From NCBI RefSeq assembly GCF_009914755.1, contig NC_060941.1: a stretch of 64,000 nucleotides of DNA, one strand, 5' to 3'. The DNA comes from the human T2T-CHM13v2.0 reference genome, Homo sapiens. Numbering within the stretch: the stretch's first letter is position 1; each line of letters opens with the position of its first letter. The notes under the pieces are model-generated. The model was not told the origin of the DNA and did no database searches. It saw nothing but the letters and a program-made list of their open reading frames with translations. Of the stretch, positions 1-11,600 are shown piece after piece. The translations under genes and the position numbers were made by a program.

Positions 1-25
1 GTGGATATTGGGGCCTCTCTGAGGA

Positions 26-42
26 TTTCGTTGGAAACGGGA
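26..42 (+). promoter_or_regulatory. CENP-B box (representative, monomer E'')
   Basis: TTTCGTTGGAAACGGGA matches the core NTTCGNNNNANNCGGGN and recurs once per HOR. Confidence 0.92.
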
Positions 43-192
43 TAAACCGCACAGAACTAAACAGAAGCATTCTCAGAACCTTCTTCGTGATGTTTGCATT
101 CAACTCACAGTGTTGAACCTTTCTTTGATAGTTCAGCTTTGAAACGGTCTTTCTGTAGAAACTGCAATTAGATATTTGGCCCTCTCTGAGGA

Positions 193-209
193 TTTCGTTG
201 GAAACGGGA
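193..209 (+). promoter_or_regulatory. CENP-B box (representative, monomer X1)
   Basis: TTTCGTTGGAAACGGGA. Confidence 0.92.
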
Positions 210-360
210 TAAACCGCATAGATCTAAAACAGAAGCATTCTCAGAACCCTCTTCGTGATGTTTGCATTCAACTCACAGTGCTGAACCTTTCTTTGATAGT
301 TCAGCTTTGAAACACTCTTTTTGTAGAAACTGCAAGTGGATATTTGGTCCTCTCTGAGGA

Positions 361-377
361 TTTCGTTGGAAACGGGA
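361..377 (+). promoter_or_regulatory. CENP-B box (representative, monomer X2)
   Basis: TTTCGTTGGAAACGGGA. Confidence 0.92.
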
Positions 378-698
378 TAAACCGCACAGAACTAAACAGA
401 AGCATTCTCAGAACCTTCTTCGTGATGTCTGCATTCAACTCACAGTGTGGAACCTTTCTTTGATAGTTCAGGTTTGAAACACTCTTTTTGTAGAAACTGC
501 AAGGGGATAATTGCACTTCTTTGAGGCCTACCGTAGTAAAGGAAATAACTTCCTATAAAAAGAAGACAGAAGCTTTCTCAGAAAATTCTTTGGGATGATT
601 GAGTTGAGCAAACAGAGCTGAACACTCCTTGCGATGTAGCAGTTTAGAAACACACTTTCTGCAGAATCTGCAAGTGCAAATGTGGACCTCTCTGAGGA

Positions 699-715
699 AT
701 TCGTTGGAAACGGGC
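699..715 (+). promoter_or_regulatory. CENP-B box overlapping the HOR-defining EcoRI site (monomer E''')
   Basis: ATTCGTTGGAAACGGGC fits the core motif; GAATTC is at 697-702. Confidence 0.88.
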
Positions 716-864
716 TAATTTCACCTGACTAAACAGAAGCAGTCTCAGAATCTTCTTTGTGATGTTTGCATTCAAATACCAGAGTTGAACTTTCCTTTCC
801 AAGTTCATGTTTGAAACACTCTTTTTGCAGGATCTACAAGTGGATATTTGGACCACTCTGTGTC

Positions 865-881
865 CTTCGTTCGAAACGGGT
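865..881 (+). promoter_or_regulatory. CENP-B box variant (monomer A; also in A')
   Basis: CTTCGTTCGAAACGGGT retains the TTCG....A..CGGG core. Confidence 0.85.
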
Positions 882-3800
882 ATATCTTCACATGACATCT
901 AGACAGAAGCATTCTCAGAAGCTTCTCTGTGATGACTGCATTCAACTCACGGAGTTGAACACTCCTTTTGATAGCGCAGTTTTGAAACTCTCTTTCTGTG
1001 GCATCCGCAAGGGGACATGTAGACCTCTTTGAAGATTTCGTTGGAAACGGAATCATCTTCACATCAAAACTATGCAGATGCATTCTCAGGAACTTTTTGG
1101 TGATGTTTGTATTCAACTCCCAGAGTTGAACTTTCCTTTGGAAAGAGCAGCTATGAAACACTCTTTTTCTAGAATCTGCAAGTGGACGTTTGGAGGGCTT
1201 TGTGGTTTGTGGTGGAAAAGGAAATATCTTCACCTAAATACTAGATAGAAGCATTCTCAGAAACTGCTTTGTGATGATTGCATTCACCTCACAGAGTTGA
1301 ACATTACTATTGATAGAGCAGTTTGGAAACACTCTTCTTTTGGAATGTGCAAGTGGAGATTTGGAGCGCTTTGAGGCCTATGGTAGTAAAGGGAATAGCT
1401 TCATAAAAAACTAGACAGAAGCATTCTCAGAAAATACTTTGTGATGATTGAGTTGAACTCACAGAGCTGAACATTCCTTTGGATGGAGCAGGTTTGAGAC
1501 ACACTATTTGTAGAATCTACAAGTGGATATTTGGACATCGCTGAGGATTTCGTAGGAAACGGGATAACTGCACCTAACTAAACGGAAGCATTCTCAGAAA
1601 CTTCTTGGTGATGTTTGCATTCAAATCCCAGAGTTGAACCTTCCTTTGATAGTTCAGGTTTGAAACACTCTTTTTGTAGGATCTGCAAGTGGATATTTGG
1701 AACACTCTGTGGCCTTCGTTCGAAACGGGTACATCTTCGCATAAAATCTAGACAGAAGCCTTCTCAGAAACTTCTCTGTGATGATTGCATTCAACTCACA
1801 GAGTTGAACCCTCCTATGGATAGAGCAGTGTTGAAACTCTCTTTTTGTGGAATCTGCAAGTGGATATGTGGACCTCTCCGAAGATGTCTTTGGAAACGGG
1901 AATATCTTCACATAAAAACTAAACGGAAGCATTCTCAGAAACTTCTCTGTGATGTTTGTGTTCAACTCCCAGAGTTTCACATTGCTTTTCATAGAGTAGT
2001 TCTGAAACACGCTTTTCGTAGTGTCTGCAAGTGGACATTTGGAGCGCTTTCAGGCCTGTGGTGGAAAACGAATTATGGTCACATAAAAACTGGAGAGAAG
2101 CATTGTCAGAAACTTCTTTGTGATGATTGCATTCAACTCACAGAGTTGAAGGTTCCTTTACAAACAGCAGTTTCCAATCACTCTTTCTGTGGAATCTGCA
2201 AGTGGATATTTGGACCTCTTTGAAGATTTCATTGGAAACGGGAGAATCTTCACAGAAAAGCTAAACAGAAGCATTCTCAGAAACTTCTTTGTGATGCTTG
2301 CATTCAACTCACAGAGTTGAACTTTCCTTTCGAGAGAGAAGCTTTGAAACACTCTTTTTCCAGAATCTGCAAGTGGACATTTGGAGGGCTTTGAGGCCTG
2401 TGGTGGAAAAGGAATTATCTTCCCGTAAAAGCTAGATAGAAGCATTCTCAGAAACTACTTTGTGATGATTGCATTCAAGTCACAGAGTTGAACATTCCCT
2501 TTGACAGAGCAGTTTGGAAACTCTCTTTGTGTAGATTCTGCAAGTGGAGATATGGACCGCTTTGAGACCTATGGTAGTAAAGGAAATAGCTTCATATAAA
2601 AGCTAGACAGTAGAATTCACAGAAAACTCTTGGTGACGACTGAGTTTAAATCACAGAGCTGAACATCCCTTTGGATGGAGCAGTTTCGAAACACACTATT
2701 TGTAGAATGTGCAAGTGGATATTGGGGCCTCTCTGAGGATTTCGTTGGAAACGGGATAAACCGCACAGAAGTAAACAGAAGCATTCTCAGAACCTTCTTC
2801 GTGATGTTTGCATTCAACTCACAGTGTTGAACCTTTCTTTGATAGTTCAGCTTTGAAACGGTCTTTCTGTAGAAACTGCAAGTAGATATTTGGCCCTCTC
2901 TGAGGATTTCGTTGGAAACGGGATAAACCGCACAGAACTAAAACAGAAGCATTCTCAGAACCCTCTTCGTGATGTTTGCATTCAACTCACAGTGCTGAAC
3001 GTTTCTTTGATAGTTCAGCTTTGAAACACTCTTTTTGTAGAAACTGCAAGTGGATATTTGGTCCTCTCTGAGGATTTCGTTGGAAACGGGATAAACCGCA
3101 CAGAACTAAACAGAAGCATTCTCAGAACCTTCTTCGTGATGTCTGCATTCAACTCACAGTGTGGAACCTTTCTTTGATAGTTCAGATTTGAAACACTCTT
3201 TTTGTAGAAACTGCAAGGGGATAATTGCACTTCTTTTAGGCCTACCGTAGTAAAGGAAATAACTTCCTATAAAAAGAAGACAGAAGCTTTCTCAGAAAAT
3301 TCTTTGGGATGATTGAGTTGAACTCACAGAGCTGAACATTCCTTGCGATGTAGCAGTTTAGAAACACACTTTCTGCAGAATCTGCAAGTGCATATTTGGA
3401 CCTCTCTGAGGAATTCGTTGGAAAGGGGATAATTTCAGCTGACTAAACAGAAGCAGTCTCAGAATCTTCTTTGTGATGTTAGCATTCAAATCCCAGAGTT
3501 GAACTTTCCTTTCAAAGTTCACGTTTGAAACACTCTTTTTGCAGGATCTACAAGTGGATATTTGGACCACTCTGTGTCCTTCGTTCGAAACGGGTATATC
3601 TTCACATGACATCTAGACAGAAGCATTCTCAGAAGCTTCTCTGTGATGACTGCATTCAACTCACGGAGTTGAACACTCCTTTTGAGAGCGCAGTTTTGAA
3701 ACTCTCTTTCTGTGGCATCTGCAAGGGGACATGTAGACCTCTTTGAAGATTTCGTTGGAAACGGAATCATCTTCACATAAAAACTATACAGATGCATTCT

Positions 3801-6125
3801 CAGGAACTTTTTGGTGATGTTTGTATTCAACTCCTAGAGTTGAACTTTCCTTTGGAAAGAGCAGCTATGAAACACTCTTTTTCTAGAATCTGCAAGTGGA
3901 CGTTTGGAGGGCTTTGTGGTTTGTGGTGGAAAAGGAAATATCTTCACCTAAATACTAGATAGAAGCATTCTGAGAAACTGCTTTGTGATGATTGCATTCA
4001 CCTCACAGAGTTGAACATTCCTATTGATAGAGCAGTTTGGAAACACTCTTGTTGTGGAATGTGCAAGTGGAGATTTGGAGCGCTTTGAGGCCTATGGTAG
4101 TAAAGGGAATAGCTTCATAGAAAAACTAGACAGAAGCATTCTCAGAAAATACTTTGTGATGATTGAGTTGAACTCACAGAGCTGAACATTCCTTTGGATG
4201 GAGCAGGTTTGAGACACACTTTTTGTAGAATCTACAAGTGGATATTTGGACCTCTCTGAGGATTTCGTTGGAAACGGGATAACTGCACCTAACTAAACGG
4301 AAGCATTCTCAGAAACTTCTTGGTGATGTTTGCATTCAAATCCCAGAGTTGAACCTTCCTTTGATAGTTCAGGTTTGAAACACTCTTTTTGTAGGATCTG
4401 CAAGTGGATATTTGGACCACTCTGTGGCCTTCGTTCGAAACGGGTACATCTTCGCATAAAATCTAGACAGAAGCCTTCTGAGAAACTTCTCTGTGATGAT
4501 TGCATTCAACTCACAGAGTTGAACCCTCCTATGGATAGAGCAGTGTTGAAACTCTCTTTTTGTGGAATCTGCAAGTGGATATGTGGACCTCTCCGAAGAT
4601 GTCTTTGGAAACGGGAATATCTTCACATAAAAACTAAACAGAAGCATTCTCAGAAACTTCTCTGTGATGTTTGTGTTCAACTCCCAGAGTTTCACATTGC
4701 TTTTCATAGAGTAGTTCTGAAACATGCTTTTCGTAGTGTCTGCAAGTGGACATTTGGAGCGCTTTCAGGCCTGTGGTGGAAAACGAATTATGGTCACATA
4801 CAAACTGGAGAGAAGCATTGTCAGAAACTTCTTTGTGATGATTGCATTCAACTCACAGAGTTGAATGTTCCTTTTCAAACAGCAGTTTCCAATCACTCTT
4901 TCTGTGGAATCTGCAAGTGGATATTTGGACCTCTTTGAAGATTTCGTTGGAAACGGGAGAATCTTCACAGAAAAGCTAAACAGAAGCATTCTCAGAAACT
5001 TCTTTGTGATGCTTGCATTCAACTCACAGAGTTGAACTTTCCTTTCGAGAGAGAAGCTTTGAAACACTCTTTTTCCAGAATCTGCAAGTGGACATTTGGA
5101 GGGCTTTGAGGCCTGTGGTGGAAAAGGAATTATCTTCCCGTAAAAGCTAGATAGAAGCATTCTCAGAAACTACTTTGTGATGATTGCATTCAAGTCACAG
5201 AGTTGAACATTCCCTTTGACAGAGCAGTTTGGAAACTCTCTTTGTGTAGAATCTGCAAGTGGAGATATGGACCGCTTTGAGGACTATGGTAGTAAAGGAA
5301 ATAGCTTCATATAAAAGCTAGACAATAGCATTCACAGAAAACTCTTGGTGACGACTGAGTTTAAATCACAGAGCTGAACATCCCTTTGGATGGAGCAGTT
5401 TGGAAACACACTATTTGTAGAATGTGCAAGTGGATATTTGGGCCTCTCTGAGGATTTCGTTGGAAACGGGATAAACCGCACAGAACTAAACAGAAGCATT
5501 CTCAGAACCTTCTTCGTGATGTTTGCATTCAACTCACAGTGTTGAACCTTTCTTTGATAGTTCAGCTTTGAAACGGTCTTTCTGTAGAAACTGCAATTAG
5601 ATATTTGGCCCTCTCTGAGGATTTCGTTGGAAACGGGATAAACCGCACAGAACTAAAACAGAAGCATTCTCAGAACCCTCTTCGTGATGTTTGCATTCAA
5701 CTCACAGTGCTGAACCTTTCTTTGATAGTTCAGCTTTGAAACACTCTTTTTGTAGAAACTGCAAGTGGATATTTGGTCCTCTCTGAGGATTTCGTTGGAA
5801 ACGGGATAAACCGCACAGAACTAAACAGAAGCATTCTCAGAACCTTCTTCGTGATGTCTGCATTCAACTCACAGTGTGGAACCTTTCTTTGATAGTTCAG
5901 CTTTGAAACACTCTTTTTGTAGAAACTGCAAGGGGATAATTGCACTTCTTTGAGGCCTACCGTAGTAAAGGAAATAACTTCCTATAAAAAGAAGACAGAA
6001 GCTTTCTCAGAAAATTCTTTGGGATGATTGAGTTGAGGAAACAGAGCTGAACACTCCTTGCGATGTAGCAGTTTAGAAACACACTTTCTGCAGAATCTGC
6101 AAGTGCATATTTGGACCTCTCTGAG

Positions 6126-8672
6126 GAATTCGTTGGAAACGGGATAATTTCAGCTGACTAAACAGAAGCAGTCTCAGAATCTTCTTTGTGATGTTTGCAT
6201 TCAAATCCCAGAGTTGAACTTTCCTTTCAAAGTTCACGTTTGAAACACTCTTTTTGCAGGATCTACAAGTGGATATTTGGACCACTCTGTGTCCTTCGTT
6301 CGAAACGGGTATATCTTCACATGACATCTAGACAGAAGCATTCTCAGAAGCTTCTCTGTGATGACTGCATTCAACTCACGGAGTTGAACACTCCTTTTGA
6401 GAGCGCAGTTTTGAAACTCTCTTTCTGTGGCATCTGCAAGGGGACATGTAGACCTCTTTGAAGATTTCGTTGGAAACGGAATCATCTTCACATAAAAACT
6501 ATACAGATGCATTCTCAGGAACTTTTTGGTGATGTTTGTATTCAACTCCCAGAGTTGAACTTTCCTTTGGAAAGAGCAGCTATGAAACACTGTTTTTCTA
6601 GAATCTGCAAGTGGACGTTTGGAGGGCTTTGTGGTTTGTGGTGGAAAAGGAAATATCTTCACCTAAATCCTAGAGAGAAGAATTCTCAGAAACTGCTTTG
6701 TGATGATTGCATTCACCTCACAGAGTTGAACATTCCTATTGATAGAGCAGTTTGGAAACACTCTTGTTGTGGAATGTGCAAGTGGAGATTTGGAGCGCTT
6801 TGAGGCCTATGGTAGTAAAGGGAACAGCTTCATAGAAAAACTAGACAGAAGCATTCTCAGAAAATACTTTGTGATGATTGAGTTTAACTCACAGAGCTGA
6901 ACATTCCTTTGGATGGAGCAGGTTTGAGACACACTTTTTGTAGAATCTACAAGTGGATATTTGGACCTCTCTGAGGATTTCGTTGGAAACGGGATAACTG
7001 CACCTAACTAAACGGAAGCATTCTCAGAAACTTCTTGGTGATGTTTGCATTCAAATCCCAGAGTTGAACCTTCCTTTGATAATTCAGGTTTGAAACACTC
7101 TTTTTGTAGGATCTGCAAGTGGATATTTGGACCACTCTGTGGCCTTCGTTCGAAACGGGTACATCTTCGCATAAAATCTAGACAGAAGCCTTCTCAGAAA
7201 CTTCTCTGTGATGATTGCATTCAACTCACAGAGTTGAACCCTCCTATGGATAGAGCAGTGTTGAAACTCTCTTTTTGTGGAATCTGCAAGTGGATATGTG
7301 GACCTCTCCGAAGATGTCTTTGGAAACGGGAATATCTTCACATAAAAACTAAACAGAAGCATTCTCAGAAACTTCTCTGTGATGTTTGTGTTCAACTCCC
7401 AGAGTTTCACATTGCTTCTCATAGAGTAGTTCTGAAACATGCTTTTCGTAGTGTCTGCAAGTGGACATTTGGAGCGCTTTCAGGCCTGTGGTGGAAAACG
7501 AATTATGGTCACATAAAAACTGGAGAGAAGCATTGTCAGAAACTTCTTTGTGATGATTGCATTCAACTCACAGAGTTGAAGGTTCCTTTTCAAACAGCAG
7601 TTTCCAATCACTCTTTCTGTGGAATCTGCAAGTGGATATTTGGACCTCTTTGAAGATTTCGTTGGAAACGGGAGAATCTTCACAGAAAAGCTAAACAGAA
7701 GTATTCTCAGAAACTTCTTTGTGATGCTTGCATTCAACTCACAGAGTTGAACTTTCCTTTCGAGAGAGAAGCTTTGAAACACTCTTTTTCCAGAATCTGC
7801 AAGTGGACATTTGGAGGGCTTTGAGGCCTGTGGTGGAAAAGGAATTATCTTCCCGTAAAAGCTAGATAGAAGCATTCTCAGAAACTACTTTGTGATGATT
7901 GCATTCAAGTCACAGAGTTGAACATTCCCTTTGACAGAGCAGTTTGGAAACTCTCTTTGTGTAGAATCTGCAAGTGGAGATATGGACCGCTTTGAGACCT
8001 ATGGTAGTAAAGGAAATAGCTTCATATAAAAGCTAGACAGTAGCATTCACAGAAAACTCTTGGTGACGACTGAGTTTAAATCACAGAGCTGAACATCCCT
8101 TTGGATGGAGCAGTTTCGAAACACACTATTTGTAGAATGTGCAAGTGGATATTTGGGCCTCTCTGAGGATTTCGTTGGAAACGGGATAAACCGCACAGAA
8201 CTAAACAGAAGCATTCTCAGAACCTTCTTCGTGATGTTTGCATTCAACTCACAGTGTTGAACCTTTCTTTGATAGTTCAGCTTTGAAACGGTCTTTCCGT
8301 AGAAACTGCAAGTAGATATTTGGCCCTCTCTGAGGATTTCGTTGGAAACGGGATAAACCGCACAGAACTAAACAGAAGCATTCTCAGAACCTTCTTCGTG
8401 ATGTCTGCATTCAACTCACAGTGTGGAACCTTTCTTTGATAGTTCAGGTTTGAAACACTCTTTTTGTAGAAACTGCAAGGGGATAATTGCACTTCTTTGA
8501 GGCCTACCGTAGTAAAGGAAATTACTTCCTATAAAAAGAAGACAGAAGCTTTCTCAGAAAATTCTTTGGGATGATTGAGTTGAACTCACAGAGCTGAACA
8601 TTCCTTGCGATGTAGCAGTTTAGAAACACACTTTCGGCAGAATCTGCAAGAGCATATGTGGACCTCTCTGAG
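6126..8672 (+). repeat. 15-mer HOR variant (2547 bp), one X monomer lost
   Basis: EcoRI spacing is 2547 bp. Only one GATAAACCGCACAGAAC-ending X monomer lies between E'' and X3. Confidence 0.92.
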
Positions 8673-11600
8673 GAATTCGTTGGAAACGGGATAATTTCAG
8701 CTGACTAAACAGAAGCAGTCTCAGAATCTTCTTTGTGATGTTAGCATTCAAATCCCAGAGTTGAACTTTCCTTTCAAAGTTCACGTTTGAAACACTCTTT
8801 TTGCAGGATCTACAAGTGGATATTTGGACCACTCTGTGTCCTTCGTTCGAAACGGGTATATCTTCACATGACATCTAGACAGAAGCATTCTCAGAAGCTT
8901 CTCTGTGATGACTGCATTCAACTCACGGAGTTGAACACTCCTTTTGAGAGCGCAGTTTTGAAACTCTCTTTCTGTGGCATCTGCAAAGGGACATGTAGAC
9001 CTCTTTGAAGATTTCGTTGGAAACGGAATCATCTTCACATCAAAACTATACAGATGCATTCTCAGGAACTTTTTGGTGATGTTTGTATTCAACTCCCAGA
9101 GTTGAACTTTCCTTTGGAAAGAGCAGCTATGAAACACTCTTTTTCTAGAATCTGCAAGTGGACGTTTGGAGGGCTTTGTGGTTTGTGGTGGAAAAGGAAA
9201 TATCTTCACCTAAATACTACATAGAAGCATTCTCAGAAACGGCTTTGTGATGATTGCATTCACCTCACAGAGTTGAACATTCCTATTGATAGAGCAGTTT
9301 GGAAACACTCTTCTTGTGGAATGTGCAAGTGGAGATTTGGAGCGCTTTGAGGCCTATGGTAGTAAAGGGAATAGCTTCATAGAAAAACTAGACAGAAGCA
9401 TTCTCAGAAAATACTTTGTGATGATTGAGTTTAACTCACAGAGCTGAACATTCCTTTGGATGGAGCAGGTTTGAGACACACTTTTTGTAGAATCTACAAG
9501 TGGATATTTGGACCTCTCTGAGGATTTCGTTGGAAACGGGATAACTGCACCTAACTAAACGGAAGCATTCTCAGAAACTTCTTGGTGATGTTTGCATTCA
9601 AATCCCAGAGTTGAACCTTCCTTTGATAGTTCAGGTTTGAAACACTCTTTTTGTAGGATCTGCAAGTGGATATTTGGACCACTCTGTGGCCTTCGTTCGA
9701 AACGGGTACATCTTCGCATAAAATCTAGACAGAAGCCTTCTCAGAAACTTCTCTGTGATGATTGCATTCAACTCACAGAGTTGAACCCTCGTATGGATAG
9801 AGCAGTGTTGAAACTCTCTTTTTGTGGAATCTGCAAGCGGATATGTGGACCTCTCCGAAGATGTCTTTGGAAACGGGAATATCTTCACATAAAAACTAAA
9901 CAGAAGCATTCTCAGAAACTTCTCTGTGATGTTTGTGTTCAACTCCCAGAGTTTCACATTGCTTTTCATAGAGTAGTTCTGAAACATGCTTTTCGTAGTG
10001 TCTGCAAGTGGACATTTGGAGCGCTTTCAGGCCTGTGGTGGAAAACGAATTATGGTCACATAAAAACTGGAGAGAAGCATTGTCAGAAACTTCTTTGTGA
10101 TGATTGCATTCAACTCACAGAGTTGAAGGTTCCTTTTCAAACAGCAGTTTCCAATCACTCTTTCTGTGGAATCTGCAAGTGGATATTTGGACCTCTTTGA
10201 AGATTTCGTTGGAAACGGGAGAATCTTCACAGAAAAGCTAAACAGAAGCATTCTCAGAAACTTCTTTGTGATGCTTGCATTCAACTCACAGAGTTGAACT
10301 TTCCTTTCGAGAGAGAAGCTTTGAAACACTCTTTTTCCAGAATCTGCAAGTGGACATTTGGAGGGCTTTGAGGCCTGTGGTGGAAAAGGAATTATCTTCC
10401 CGTAAAAGCTAGATAGAAGCATTCCCAGAAACTACTTTGTGATGATTGCATTCAAGTCACAGAGTTGAACATTCCCTTTGACAGAGCTGTTTGGAAACTC
10501 TCTTTGTGTAGAATCTGCAAGTGGAGATATGGACCGCTTTGAGGACTATGGTAGTAAAGGAAATAGCTTCATATAAAAGCTAGACAGTAGCATTCACAGA
10601 AAACTCTTGGTGGCGACTGAGTTTAAATCACAGAGCTGAACATCCCTTTGGATGGAGCAGTTTGGAAACACACTATTTGTAGAATGTGCAAGTGGATATT
10701 GGGGCCTCTCTGAGGATTTCGTTGGAAACGGGATAAACCGCACAGAACTAAACAGAAGCATTCTCAGAACCTTCTTCGTGATGTTTGCATTCAACTCACA
10801 GTGCTGAACGTTTCTTTGATAGTTCAGCTTTGAAACACTCTTTTTGTAGAAACTGCAAGTGGATATTTGGACCTCTCTGAGGATTTCGTTGGAAACGGGA
10901 TAAACTGCACAGAACTAAAACAGAAGCATTCTCAGAACCCTCTTCGTGATGTTTGCATTCAACTCACAGTGCTGAAGCTTTCTTTGATAGTTCAGCTTTG
11001 AAACACTCTTTTTGTAGAAACTGCAAGTGGATATTTTGTCCTCTCTGAGGATTTCGTTGGAAACGGGATAAACCGCACAGAACTAAACAGAAGCATTCTC
11101 AGAACCTTCTTCGTGATGTCTGCATTCAACTCACAGTGTGGAACCTTTCTTTGATAGTTCAGGTTTGAAACACTCTTTTTGTAGAAACTGCAAGGGGATA
11201 ATTGCACTTCTTTGAGGCCTACCGTAGCAAAAGAAATAACTTCCTATAAAAAGAAGACAGAAGCTTTCTCAGAAAATTCTTTGGGATGATTGAGTTGAAC
11301 TCACAGAGCTGAACATTCCTTGTGATGTAGCAGTTTATAAACACACTTTCTGCAGAATCTGCAAGTGCATATTTAGACCTCTCTGAGGAATTCCTTGGAA
11401 ACGGGATAATTTCAGCTGACTAAACAGAAGCAGTCTCAGAATCTTCTTTGTGATGTTTGCATTCAAATCCCAGAGTTGAACTTTCCTTTCAAAGTTCACG
11501 TTTGAAACACTCTTTTTGCAGGATCTACAAGTGGATATTTGGACCACTCTGTGTCCTTCGTTCGAAACGGGTATATCTTCACATGACATCTAGACAGAAG

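Larger units (their letters stand above)
697..6125 (+). repeat. Two 16-mer HOR units (2714 and 2715 bp)
   Basis: Conserved GAATTC at 697, 3411 and 6126. Sixteen monomer starts counted in the first unit at about 740, 910, 1081, 1252, 1422, 1589, 1760, 1931, 2101, 2272, 2443, 2614, 2782, 2950, 3117, 3288. Confidence 0.93.

Noticed and set aside
540-565. TATA-like CCTATAAAAAG once per HOR (monomer X3)
   Set aside because: A short AT-rich match is expected by chance in satellite DNA, and nothing in the sequence supports promoter function.
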